From Pedosphaera sp. (GTDB lineage: Bacteria; Verrucomicrobiota; Verrucomicrobiia; Limisphaerales; SXQI01): a stretch of 64,000 nucleotides of DNA. The stretch's first letter is position 1; every line of letters starts with the position of its first letter. Of the stretch, positions 22,501 to 30,604 are shown piece by piece. The stretch lies in the NCBI GenBank assembly GCA_025359965.1, contig JANYDC010000119.1:41945-105944 (forward strand), in the 5' to 3' direction. The notes below the pieces were generated by a model. It saw only the letters and a program-made list of their open reading frames with translations, was not told where the DNA came from and did no database searches. The position numbers and the translations under genes were made by a program.

Positions 22501-22694
22501 TACAAGATGCGCTGCTCGATTTCTTGCGCACTCAAACCCGCATACTGCCAAATAACGCTGATCACCGGGATGTTGATCGCCGGAAAGATATCAATGGGGG
22601 TGCGCTTGATCACCAACGGTGAAAGCAAAAGCAAAGCAATCGCCAGCACCACAAAGGTGTAGGGCCGCTTAAGAGCTAAACGTACAATCCACAT
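19509..22694 (-). CDS. RND efflux permease (AcrB/AcrD/AcrF family, NolG-like)
   Basis: 1061 aa; MWIVRLALKRPYTF, DIFPAINIPV, LAVGILVDDATVEIEN, SRLRPVVMTALAM. Confidence 0.95.
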   Translation of the reverse strand: MWIVRLALKRPYTFVVLAIALLLLSPLVIKRTPIDIFPAINIPVISVIWQYAGLSAQEIEQRILYNHERSLSATVNDIEHTEANAYNGVGVIKVFLRPGASVDAGVAQITAIAQTILRQMPPGQTPPLVIRYNASTVPILQYGVGSKTLEEQELYDLSQNQIRVGLSTVQGASIPWPYGGKTRLVSVDLDLRALQSHNLTAQDVVNSINAQNLILPSGTAKIGTQEYDVEMNASPRVLEELNDLPVRTANGATVFVRDVAHVRDGYQPQVNAVRQNGQRGALLTILKNGSASTLNVVTRIKEAMVPLLKTLPPELELTEFADQSLFVKAAVGGVVKEGVIAAGLTALMILLFIGSWRSTVIIALSIPLSVLSSIAILSALGETINLMTLGGLALAVGILVDDATVEIENVHRQMALGKPLEQSILDGAQEIAVPAFVSTLCICIVFVPMFFLSGVSRYLFVPLAEAVVFAMLASYVLSRTLIPTMVMWFYRGSQFLKTMQSGTLHPLAGSGFFGTIQGRFEDGFASMKTWYGGVLSTVLHRRKLFAALFLGACLATCLLIPGLGRDFFPTVDAGQIRLHLRAKSGTRIEETLRLVDEVEKVIREEIPAEEMEGILDNIGIPTSGISLSYSNSGLIGVGDADVLVSMHPNHSPTEDHIRRLRTRLNQEFPGTMFYFLPADIVSQTLNFGLPAPFDIQIVGRDQSKNRQIAYQLAEKIRHVPGAVDVRVQQPADLPRLRFSVDRTKASEVGLSERDVANSVLLSLSGSGQVQPGYWLNPKVGIQYLINVRSPEREMDSLAALNSIPVNNPGSTDQVLANLAVMVRTNGAPVISHYNVQPVIDVFGGVSGRDLGGLMNEIMPIVEETKQNLPRGTTIMVRGQVETMNSSFVGLLGGLAMAMVLVYLLLVINFQSWLDPFVIIMALPGALAGVVWALHLTGTTVSVPALMGAIMSLGVATANAVLVVSFARTSLNEGLDPIKAAWTSGTSRLRPVVMTALAMVIGMLPMSLGLGEGGEQNAPLGRAVIGGLAVATLATLLFVPVVFSLVHRHTKPKDFEGGVEHA

Positions 22695-22780
22695 ACTGAT
22701 TCAACAACCGCTCATCCACCGGTACCTGAGTATCATTCCTTCATGTTTCACACGGAGGCCAATACTAGTTTGAAGTGCTC

Positions 22781-22803
22781 ATTGATATGATGTAAGTATC
22801 AAT
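22781..22803. promoter_or_regulatory. LysR-type recognition site
   Basis: Perfect inverted repeat ATTGATA-N9-TATCAAT containing T-N11-A, between the divergent RND and LysR genes. Confidence 0.7.
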
Positions 22804-22806
22804 AGC

Positions 22807-23731
22807 ATGGAACTACGTCATTTACGATACTTTATCGCGGTAGCAGAGGAACTGAGTTTTCGTCGTGCCGCAGAAAAGCTCAACCTCGCCCAACCGCCCC
22901 TCAGCGCCCAGATCAAAGCCCTCGAAGCCGAACTCGGAGCCCAACTTTTCCTCCGCAGCACCCGCAAAGTAACCCTAACCTCAGCAGGCAGGGTGTTGTT
23001 GGATGAGGCAAGAGCCGTTCTGGTGGCAAGCGCGCAGGCCGAAAGGCGCGTCCGTGAATCGTCCGAAGGCTTGGTTGGTATTCTTCGACTTGGCGTGCTC
23101 GCGCCGGCCGCCAATTCCAAACTTGCCAGCGTCCTGCGCACTTTCCGTGTGAAATATCCCGGTGTCCAACTCGCCCTGCACGAACTGACCAGCATTGAGC
23201 AGATCCGCCGCTTGCGCGAGGGACAGTTGGATGTCGGCCTCGTGCGCCCACCCGTGCCCGCTTCTGAACTTGCCACCGATTTTGTGGAAAATTGGCGTCA
23301 AGTACTGGCCATCCACACCGACCACCCTTTGGCCCAAAAACGAAAACTCACTTGGAAGGATTTCGACAAGCAAGCCATGGTCATGATGCATCCCTCAGTC
23401 CAGCATCTTTACTACGACAGCTTTCTCGCAGCCTGCGCCAGCGCCGGAGCCACACCCTACCCCGCCCAATACGCCCACGACGTCCAAACCAAACTCTGGC
23501 TCATCTCCGCCGGTTTTGGCCCCAGCCTCCGAAAGCCTCGCCGAAATCCGCCGCCCCGGCCTGATATACCGGGACTTGCCCACCGAACTACCTTCCATGC
23601 CCACTGTCATAGCCTGGCGAAAAAATGACGATTCCTCCGTCATCCAATGCTTCCGAGCCTGCTTCGGCGCCACCCCCTCTCCGCCAAACCCCAAACAACC
23701 AAACTGCGCCCCATCTTCTTCCCCCGGATAG
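22807..23731 (+). pseudogene. LysR-family transcriptional regulator, frameshifted near 23520
   Basis: MELRHLRYF..SFRRAAEKLNLAQPPLSAQI HTH. The frame loses LysR character after LISAGFG; the LysR C-terminus (APASESLAEIRRPGLIYRDL..VIAWRKNDDS) continues in another frame, 23516-23731. Confidence 0.8.
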
Positions 23732-23993
23732 GGGTAGGAACGAGGAATTGAACCTCGATCACTCCAAACCGGACCGGCGGATTTCCCGCATCCGGCTTTC
23801 CAGTCAGTGGGCTGTTTCAGAGGCTGGCGTGCTGACCCCGGATGGAGGCTCAGGAGATCAACCCAAGTGGCGCAAGGAAGAAATGGATCGTCTGCCATCC
23901 TCAATTCCTCTTGCGAGCTTTCCCGGCATGCGATTGATCCGCACTCCTACTTTGTTACCATGCCTTGCTTAGCAAATGGTGCCCGCAGCAGAT
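23728..23993 (-). mobile_element. Degenerate, internally deleted group II intron remnant
   Basis: Domain V AAGCCGGAT-GCGG-GAAAT-CCGC-CG-GTCCGGTTT (AGC triad) at 23765-23800; domain VI-like CGAGG[TTCAATT]CCTCG..CCT-A-CCCCTAT 3' end at 23728; upstream FFLAPLGLIS* resembles an RT-maturase C-terminus; 5' boundary approximate. Confidence 0.8.
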
Positions 23994-24317
23994 TGGTATG
24001 CAGTTTCGGTTCTTTCAATCTCTAGCGGACTAGGGCGAGGCGTCTCACCTGCCGACAAAAGAGTCGTCTCCTTATTCCAAAGAAAATTCAAAAAACAGCC
24101 AATTTCCTTCGACATGGACCAGTGACAAAAGTTGAAATCACGCCGTTACGTGCCGTGAGAAGCAGTAGACCTCGGTACGTTTTTACTGATTCTTGCCAGA
24201 AAATAGCATTGGGCAGGAAAACCCATGCCCTATGTGAAACAAACAAATAAACAACTGAATAAATCAACGATTGCGGACAGAAACCTACGCTGATAGTATC
24301 GTTTCTCGATTTGTTAA

Positions 24318-24980
24318 ATGAAACAATTTTGTATGGGTAATAGATTTCTTGCCTCTTTAGCTGCCGCGCTCGCCATTGTCACTTTGGCCAACGCGCAGAC
24401 ATCCACTAATCCTCCAAGCTTGGTGCCTGCCCCAGCGGAGACCAATCCTCCATTGAGCACCCTGCCGGATGCTTCAGTCTTGCCCAATACCCCTGCCCTT
24501 CTGCCGACAGATACTGGATTGGCCCCGTCCATCTCCACTAATGCGCCATCGGCCAAACCTAAGCCCAAAAAGCCCAAACCCGTCAACGTCATCAGCGGGA
24601 AGATTTCCAGCCTCGACAAAACAAACATGACCGTGACTGTCGAAGGGAAGAAAAAGTCCCACACCTACGCGGTGACTTCCGCCAGCAGATTCACCAAAAC
24701 CGGCAAGCCGGCGACCTTCGCCGAAGTCGCGGTCGGCGAACAGGTTCGCGGCATATTTGCCAAGACCAAGGCCGGAGGCGAACGAATTGCCACTCTCGAA
24801 TTGAATGCCAGCGTTCCCAAAACTGCGGCAGCCACTCACAAACCAGCACATAAGAGGGCAAACACCACCAAGAAAAAGGGATCAAAGCCATTGGACTCCA
24901 GTGCTCTGCCTGATCCAACACCCAGTGCCCCGGCCGCAATAGTTCCTGAACCCGTCGCACCAGTAACGTTGCCCAAGTAA
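24318..24980 (+). CDS. Secreted Pro/Lys-rich hypothetical protein
   Basis: 220 aa; signal peptide (..TLANA), Pro-rich linkers around a small beta domain (GKISSLDKTNMTVTV..FAEVAVGEQVRG). Confidence 0.75.
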   Translation: MKQFCMGNRFLASLAAALAIVTLANAQTSTNPPSLVPAPAETNPPLSTLPDASVLPNTPALLPTDTGLAPSISTNAPSAKPKPKKPKPVNVISGKISSLDKTNMTVTVEGKKKSHTYAVTSASRFTKTGKPATFAEVAVGEQVRGIFAKTKAGGERIATLELNASVPKTAAATHKPAHKRANTTKKKGSKPLDSSALPDPTPSAPAAIVPEPVAPVTLPK

Positions 24981-25000
24981 TTGGGACCCCAGCATTTTGG

Positions 25001-25032
25001 AAGGGCGGCCTCTTTAATGAGTCCGCCCTTTT
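25001..25032. terminator. Intrinsic terminator between convergent genes
   Basis: AAGGGCGG..CTC-TTTAAT-GAG..CCGCCCTTTT hairpin. Confidence 0.65.
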
Positions 25033-25048
25033 CATTGATCCCCCGCCC

Positions 25049-26380
25049 TCATATTTCCCAACCCTGGCGATAGGGGGTTTTGACAAAGTCATTGGCCGGC
25101 CCGTGGTTCGTCACGCGCATTTTTTCCGCATCCCATTCCAGCCTTTGTCCCACTCGGAGCGCCAGTTGACCCAACAAGACGGCTTCACTCACAGGCCCTG
25201 CTGTGTCAAAATTGGAATAAGTCTTTGCGCCACCCTTGCAGGCATCGAACCATTCCTCGTAGTGGGAGTGCTCCCAATTCTCCATTTTGGGCAGTGACTC
25301 ACGGATGCCTTTGAAGTCATTATAGGTGGCACCGCTCTTAAAGGTGCCACCGCCATCGTAGGTCGGGATATACAAGGTGTCCTTGGTCCCGACCATGATA
25401 ACTCCATTCAGAGGGTAGTCGGTGCCACGAAAAAGACTCGGGCTGGGCTTGCGACCGCCATCATACCAGAAGAATTTGAAGGGCCGTTGCTTGCCTGCTG
25501 AGGCGAACTCCCATTTGATGTCGGAAGCGGTGGGACCGGATTGGTCGGTCGCGCCCACGCCGTGAGGTTCGACACTAATGGGACGGCTCATATCCAGGCA
25601 AAGAGCCGCCAAATTTAACAGGTGACAACCCATGTCCCCGATGGCACCCGTGCCAAACTCCCACCAACCACGCCAGGCAAAATGACTGTAGGCAGGGTGG
25701 TAGGGACGAAAGGGAGCCCCACCAATCCAAAGGTCCCAATCAAGAGTCGGGGGTGCGGGAGGAAACTCAGTCGGCATGCTGAGACCCTGCTTCCAATATG
25801 CGCCGGGGCGATCCGTCCAGCAATGCATCTCAATGATGTCGCCGATCACCCCTGCTGTGACCAATTCCGCGTCGCGGCGCAACGTGGGTTTGGAAATGCC
25901 CTGATTTCCCATCTGCGTGGCGATCCCAGCTTTGCGGGCGGCGAGAGTCAGACTTCTAGCCTCTGCAATAGTGTGAGTCAGGGGCTTCTGGCAGTAGACA
26001 TGTTTGCCTTCACGAATCGCGCGCATCGAGACCAAATAGTGCATGTGATCCGGCGTGGAGACGGTGGTCGCGTCGATGGACTTCGACATTTCATCAAACA
26101 TCCTGCGATAGTCACGGAACGTTTTGGCATTGGGGAATTTTGCCGCTGCTTTAGCCAGATTGTTTTGATCGACATCACAAACCGCCACCACGTTCTCAGA
26201 CTCGCAGTTGTTGATATCCACCCAGCCTTTCCCACCCACTCCGACGCCAGCAATATTCAGGCGATTATTCGCACCCAGCACGCTGCGCTTACTGACGAAA
26301 GGGAAGGCAAGCGTGCTGGCGAGAAGAGCGGATGATTTTAGGAAAACACGACGATTCGAGTGAAAGATCGATTTTGGCAT
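25049..26380 (-). CDS. Gfo/Idh/MocA-family oxidoreductase with Tat signal
   Basis: NRRVFLK twin-arginine motif; GVGVGGKG, STPDHMH, HVYCQKPL, GDMGCHL. Confidence 0.93.
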   Translation of the reverse strand: MPKSIFHSNRRVFLKSSALLASTLAFPFVSKRSVLGANNRLNIAGVGVGGKGWVDINNCESENVVAVCDVDQNNLAKAAAKFPNAKTFRDYRRMFDEMSKSIDATTVSTPDHMHYLVSMRAIREGKHVYCQKPLTHTIAEARSLTLAARKAGIATQMGNQGISKPTLRRDAELVTAGVIGDIIEMHCWTDRPGAYWKQGLSMPTEFPPAPPTLDWDLWIGGAPFRPYHPAYSHFAWRGWWEFGTGAIGDMGCHLLNLAALCLDMSRPISVEPHGVGATDQSGPTASDIKWEFASAGKQRPFKFFWYDGGRKPSPSLFRGTDYPLNGVIMVGTKDTLYIPTYDGGGTFKSGATYNDFKGIRESLPKMENWEHSHYEEWFDACKGGAKTYSNFDTAGPVSEAVLLGQLALRVGQRLEWDAEKMRVTNHGPANDFVKTPYRQGWEI

Positions 26381-26431
26381 ACTTCAGTCTTAGCCAGACC
26401 AAGCGGGAACCGCCATCGAAATCTTGTAAAC

Positions 26432-27661
26432 CTATTCCAGGTGGGTTTGCACAACCTGTAGAAACGCTTTCAGAGTGAAGGGTTTCTTCACTAGCACCGG
26501 CTTTGGGCCATCCGAACCCAGAAAGTATTTGTCGTACTCACTTGAGGCATCGCCACTCACCAGGATCACCTTGGTGAGGGGATCGATCTTTACAATTTCA
26601 CGGTAGAGCTCTATTCCACCCATCTTGGGCATGGTGATGTCTGATATGACCAAGGACCACGACTGGGGACTGCGGCGGAACATTTTGAGCCCCTCCTCAC
26701 CATCGTGGGCTAAATGTAAATCTCTCGGGATTTTCATCAGGCATGATCGAATCACCTCACGCACTAGTGGATCATCCTCAACCAACAAAATTTTACCTTG
26801 TGGTGTGGCGGGAGTCCTGACCAACGGCTTTGAGGGGGTGCTTTGTCGACTGGACAACGGTCGAGCATCATCCGGCGGCGAATCCAAGCGTGGGATGACA
26901 ATGGTCACGGTGGTTCCGACATCCTCGACACTTTCAATCACCAATTGCCCCCCGTGAATGTGTGTAATGCTGTGAACCACCGTGAGCCCCAGCCCCAAGG
27001 CCCCGGATGAAATCCGCATCGTGAAAAAGGGTTCACAGGCGCGCGAAAGCGTGAGCGCACTCATGCCAAAGCCTGTATCCCGCACCGTGAGTTTCCAGGC
27101 TGGGCCAACTGGAACATTGAGGCGAAGTGCCTCGTCTGACTCAATGTGAACGAAAGAAAGCCCTACATTCAGAGTGCCCCCCATCGCCATGGCAAAACGG
27201 GCATTCGCCAACAATTGTTGAAGTACGGTGATCCATTGGGATTCGTCCAAATGTGAACTTCCCTGCTGAAGACTGGTCTGGACTTCAATCTGAGAGCCCG
27301 GAGGAAGTGCGTTCTGCCAATCCAACAGAGCTTTTTTGATCAATTCAGAAAATTCCGTAGATTTGGGATTGAAACGGCGGTGGGGGCGTACAGAGAGAAG
27401 AATGGAATCAAGAAAGCCCTCGGTCTTGCGGGCAGCGGATTCCAGCGTTGTGGCGTATTGAGCGGCAGGGGAGGCGGTTGGAACTTCGTCGCGTATGAGG
27501 GTCACGTAACCTAGGATGGGCACGAGTACGTTATTAAAATCGTGGGCCAACCGACCCACTGTGGCCTTCAGTGCCTCAAGTCGTTCATCCCTAAGGCGCA
27601 AAGCATCATCTGCCGCGAAAGCGGAAGGTTGTCGGGCAAAATAGGCGGCCGGTGTGCTCAT
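26432..27661 (-). CDS. Hybrid histidine kinase/response regulator lacking a sensor domain
   Basis: H-box AHDFNNVL at about residue 40, NARFAM, DTGFGM, PFFT..GLGL; C-terminal REC domain (LVEDD, SDITMP, KPF). Confidence 0.88.
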   Translation of the reverse strand: MSTPAAYFARQPSAFAADDALRLRDERLEALKATVGRLAHDFNNVLVPILGYVTLIRDEVPTASPAAQYATTLESAARKTEGFLDSILLSVRPHRRFNPKSTEFSELIKKALLDWQNALPPGSQIEVQTSLQQGSSHLDESQWITVLQQLLANARFAMAMGGTLNVGLSFVHIESDEALRLNVPVGPAWKLTVRDTGFGMSALTLSRACEPFFTMRISSGALGLGLTVVHSITHIHGGQLVIESVEDVGTTVTIVIPRLDSPPDDARPLSSRQSTPSKPLVRTPATPQGKILLVEDDPLVREVIRSCLMKIPRDLHLAHDGEEGLKMFRRSPQSWSLVISDITMPKMGGIELYREIVKIDPLTKVILVSGDASSEYDKYFLGSDGPKPVLVKKPFTLKAFLQVVQTHLE

Positions 27662-27695
27662 GTGGAGGCGCTAGGGCAAATGATAAAGGAAGCGA

Positions 27696-28115
27696 TCAAT
27701 GATCCAAAACACGTTTGATTTCAATTAATAATTGATCAAGAGGAAGAGTCTTGCTGACGTAAGCCGCGGCTCCGTTCAACAAAGCTTGGCTTAGGAGTTT
27801 TTCATCAAAACCAATACCAGTCATGATCACGATTGGTAATTGGGGGTAGGCTTCCTTCAATTCGCTGAGGATCGCAATCCCATCACTTTCAGCGAGCATT
27901 ATGTCGAGGATGACCAGACTGAAGGGAACTTCCTCGACCAACCGCTTGGCTTCAACTCCGGTCCTAGCCGTCACCACCTCAAAACTATGTTTATTGAAGT
28001 AAACGCGCATCAAATCACCGATCGATGCTTCATCGTCGACAACCAAAATGGAATGCTTGGTGGTGTCCCTGTTAATCAATGGGGTGACTATGTCAAAGAA
28101 CCGACTTTGTCTCAA
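27696..28115 (-). CDS. Single-domain response regulator (REC)
   Basis: ILVVDDE, VILDIMLAESDG, IMTG, YVSK; start codon uncertain. Confidence 0.88.
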   Translation of the reverse strand: MRQSRFFDIVTPLINRDTTKHSILVVDDEASIGDLMRVYFNKHSFEVVTARTGVEAKRLVEEVPFSLVILDIMLAESDGIAILSELKEAYPQLPIVIMTGIGFDEKLLSQALLNGAAAYVSKTLPLDQLLIEIKRVLDH

Positions 28116-28162
28116 GAGGCATTCTTGGCATGCCGATATAATGATTGTGATTGGAAGTCAAA

Positions 28163-28666
28163 ATGAACTCCTCCAAAAACATCATTGCGGTGACGATGCT
28201 CTCGGTGATTCTAATGACCAGCCTGGTCTGGCTGTGTTATTTGGACGGACAGACTTGGATTTTCCCGGCCTCAGCATCGGAAAGTCCATCAGCCGAATCG
28301 ATCACGCTTCTTCCCGACTTCATGGTCGCCAGCGCACCTGAGGAAAGAGACACACTCATCCGGCTTGCAAGGAATTCTGTGGAAGATCGTTCACTGCCTC
28401 TCTGGCTGAGGGCTCACTTAGAAAGCTTTGAAAACATTGCCACGAATATTCACGACGGTCTGCGGCAGCAGCCAATTGTGGAGTTTGGACCCGCCATCAA
28501 CGATGGCAGCAGGGCACTTCTGTATATCCGGATTTACCCACCAGCCGCCGACCGCATCAGTGTGCACTTGGAATTTATTACCGACAAATCGGGCTGGAAA
28601 ATCAGCGGCGTGAGCTATGGCCGCCAGTTTGAAGACCAGCGTCTTAACCTCGTGAGTTCCCACTGA
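28163..28666 (+). CDS. Hypothetical membrane-anchored protein
   Basis: ATG at 28163 (MNSSKNII..); one N-terminal TM helix; fills the gap between the REC gene and leuA. Confidence 0.6.
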   Translation: MNSSKNIIAVTMLSVILMTSLVWLCYLDGQTWIFPASASESPSAESITLLPDFMVASAPEERDTLIRLARNSVEDRSLPLWLRAHLESFENIATNIHDGLRQQPIVEFGPAINDGSRALLYIRIYPPAADRISVHLEFITDKSGWKISGVSYGRQFEDQRLNLVSSH

Positions 28667-28711
28667 GATCGGCGTGCCTCAGGATGGAGGCACGCCAATG
28701 AAACTGCCGAA

Positions 28712-30274
28712 TCAAGGCTGTGCGTCGTGCGATTTCTCCCCGCCGGAACCGAAAAACCGGTTGACCGCGTTAAGGTAGGCGCGTGCGCTGGTCTCAACGA
28801 TGTCCGTGCCCGTGCCTTTGCCCGTCACGATATCTCTGGAGCCAAAGTTCACTTTGAGAGTCACTTCGCCGAGGGCGTCCTGTCCCTCGGATACGGAGCG
28901 AAGTGTGTAATCGAGCAACTTTCCAGCGGTACCCGCGAGTCGATCAATTGCTTTGACTGCCGCGTCAACCGGGCCGTCCCCAATGCTGGCATCCTGCACT
29001 GCATCGGCACTGCCGCGTTTCCTCAATCGCACGGTGGCGGTCGGCATGGTTTGGTTGCCACAGGTGACATGGATGTAATCCATGGACCAGGTTTCGGGGA
29101 CCTCGGTGATTTGTCCTTCAACCAATGCGGTGAGATCATCGTCGTAGACGAATTTCTTTTTATCGCCGATCTCCTTGAATCGGGCAAAAATTGCGGCGAC
29201 GTCCGCATCCGTCATCTTGAAGCCGAGATGCTTCAAGCGCACCGCGACTGCGGCTCGGCCGCTGTGTTTGGTAAGAGGCAACTCCGTTAATCCCCAGCCC
29301 ACGTCCTGCGGGTCCATGATTTCGTAAGTCTCACGTTTTTTAAGGATGCCGTCCTGATGGATGCCACTCGAATGAGCAAAGGCATTTTCCCCGACAATGG
29401 CCTTGCTGCGTTGAACAACGAGGCCACTCATGCGGGAAACAAGGCGCGAGGCCTTGACGATTTCCTTTGCATTGACGCCGCATTCGACTCCTCCGAAAAA
29501 GTCCCCGCGTGTCTTCAACGCCATCACGATTTCCTCAAGGGCGGCATTGCCAGCCCGTTCGCCAATGCCGTTCACGGTGCATTCCACCTGACGGGCGCCT
29601 GCCTTGATCGCAGCCAAGGAATTCGCCACGGCCAAGCCGAGGTCGTTATGGCAATGCACGCTGATGATGGCTTTGCCGGACTTGAATTCCGGCACGGCAT
29701 TATACAACTGCGCGATGAGCGCGGCGTATTGTTCCGGCACGGCCCAGCCGACTGTGTCCGGAATATTTACCACAGTAGCACCGGCTGCCACCACGGCCTT
29801 GCAAACATCAATGAGGAATTCCGGCTCGGTGCGCGACCCGTCTTCCGGCGAGAACTCGACACTCGAAACGTGGGTGCGTGCGCGCTTAACGCCCTCAACC
29901 GCAAGACGGATGATTTCGTCCTTGGCCTTGCCAAGCTTGAATTCCCGGTGGATTTTTGAAGTGGCAAGGAAAACGTGAATGCGGCCGCGTTTGCCCGCAG
30001 GTTTGACTGCCGCCCCGGCGGCGTCAATGTCCTTGGCCACACAACGAGCGAGTCCAGTGATGACCGGCCCCTTGATTTCGCGGGCGATGGTTTGAACGGC
30101 CTCAAAATCACCATCGCTTATGACGGGAAAACCGGCCTCGATGACATCGACTTTGAGTCGGGCGAGTTGCCTCCCCACCTCAAGCTTTTCGCGGAGGTTC
30201 ATGGACGCGCCGGGACACTGTTCACCATCGCGGAGCGTGGTGTCGAAGATCATGATTCGATTTTTCTTATTCAT
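28712..30274 (-). CDS. leuA: 2-isopropylmalate synthase
   Basis: 520 aa; FDTTLRDGEQ, SVHCHNDLGLA, GIGERAGNA, HSSGIHQDG, regulatory domain GDGPVDA. Confidence 0.96.
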   Translation of the reverse strand: MNKKNRIMIFDTTLRDGEQCPGASMNLREKLEVGRQLARLKVDVIEAGFPVISDGDFEAVQTIAREIKGPVITGLARCVAKDIDAAGAAVKPAGKRGRIHVFLATSKIHREFKLGKAKDEIIRLAVEGVKRARTHVSSVEFSPEDGSRTEPEFLIDVCKAVVAAGATVVNIPDTVGWAVPEQYAALIAQLYNAVPEFKSGKAIISVHCHNDLGLAVANSLAAIKAGARQVECTVNGIGERAGNAALEEIVMALKTRGDFFGGVECGVNAKEIVKASRLVSRMSGLVVQRSKAIVGENAFAHSSGIHQDGILKKRETYEIMDPQDVGWGLTELPLTKHSGRAAVAVRLKHLGFKMTDADVAAIFARFKEIGDKKKFVYDDDLTALVEGQITEVPETWSMDYIHVTCGNQTMPTATVRLRKRGSADAVQDASIGDGPVDAAVKAIDRLAGTAGKLLDYTLRSVSEGQDALGEVTLKVNFGSRDIVTGKGTGTDIVETSARAYLNAVNRFFGSGGEKSHDAQP

Positions 30275-30356
30275 CTGTTCCGTTTCCTATTGTGGTCATC
30301 CCGCCACCTCCCAGTCAGGACCTAAGCCTGACCTCCAATCGACCCTGCGACAATGC

Positions 30357-30396
30357 AAACAAAAAGCCTCACCGCCGGGTCGGGCGGTGAGGCTTT
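30357..30396 (-). terminator. Attenuator terminator of the leuA leader
   Basis: AAAGCCTCACCGCC-CGACCC-GGCGGTGAGGCTTT followed by TTGTTT. Confidence 0.85.
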
Positions 30397-30416
30397 GGAA
30401 ATCGCTTTTGTTCGCG

Positions 30417-30530
30417 TCAAAACCCTTCCGCCGCCCTGCTTAGCAGCAGGCTGGTGCACAGCGAAATTTGAAGGTTGCAAACGCAAATCACAATCAAGTG
30501 ATCGGCGGAAAAGCTCTTTAAGTCAATCAT
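30417..30530 (-). CDS. Putative leu leader peptide (LeuL-like)
   Basis: MIDLKSFSADHLIVICVCNLQISLCTSLLLSRAAEGF* with tandem CTG CTG CTA; stop 20 nt before the terminator; true start may be an internal TTG/GTG. Confidence 0.65.
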   Translation of the reverse strand: MIDLKSFSADHLIVICVCNLQISLCTSLLLSRAAEGF

Positions 30531-30604
30531 GAATTTGTTTTTACACGACTCAGCCCGGTGTTCATAGATACAAACTGGCAAGTTAAAGGGCGGAATGCGA
30601 TGAT

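Noticed and set aside
23395-23904. 169-aa minus-strand ORF
   Set aside because: Spurious translation through group II intron domains V-VI (DWKAGCGKSAGPVW) and antisense LysR sequence.
24031-24055. TAGGGCGAGGCGTCTCACCTGCC REP-like fragment
   Set aside because: Single, short, degenerate copy with no partner seen in the window; cannot be supported.
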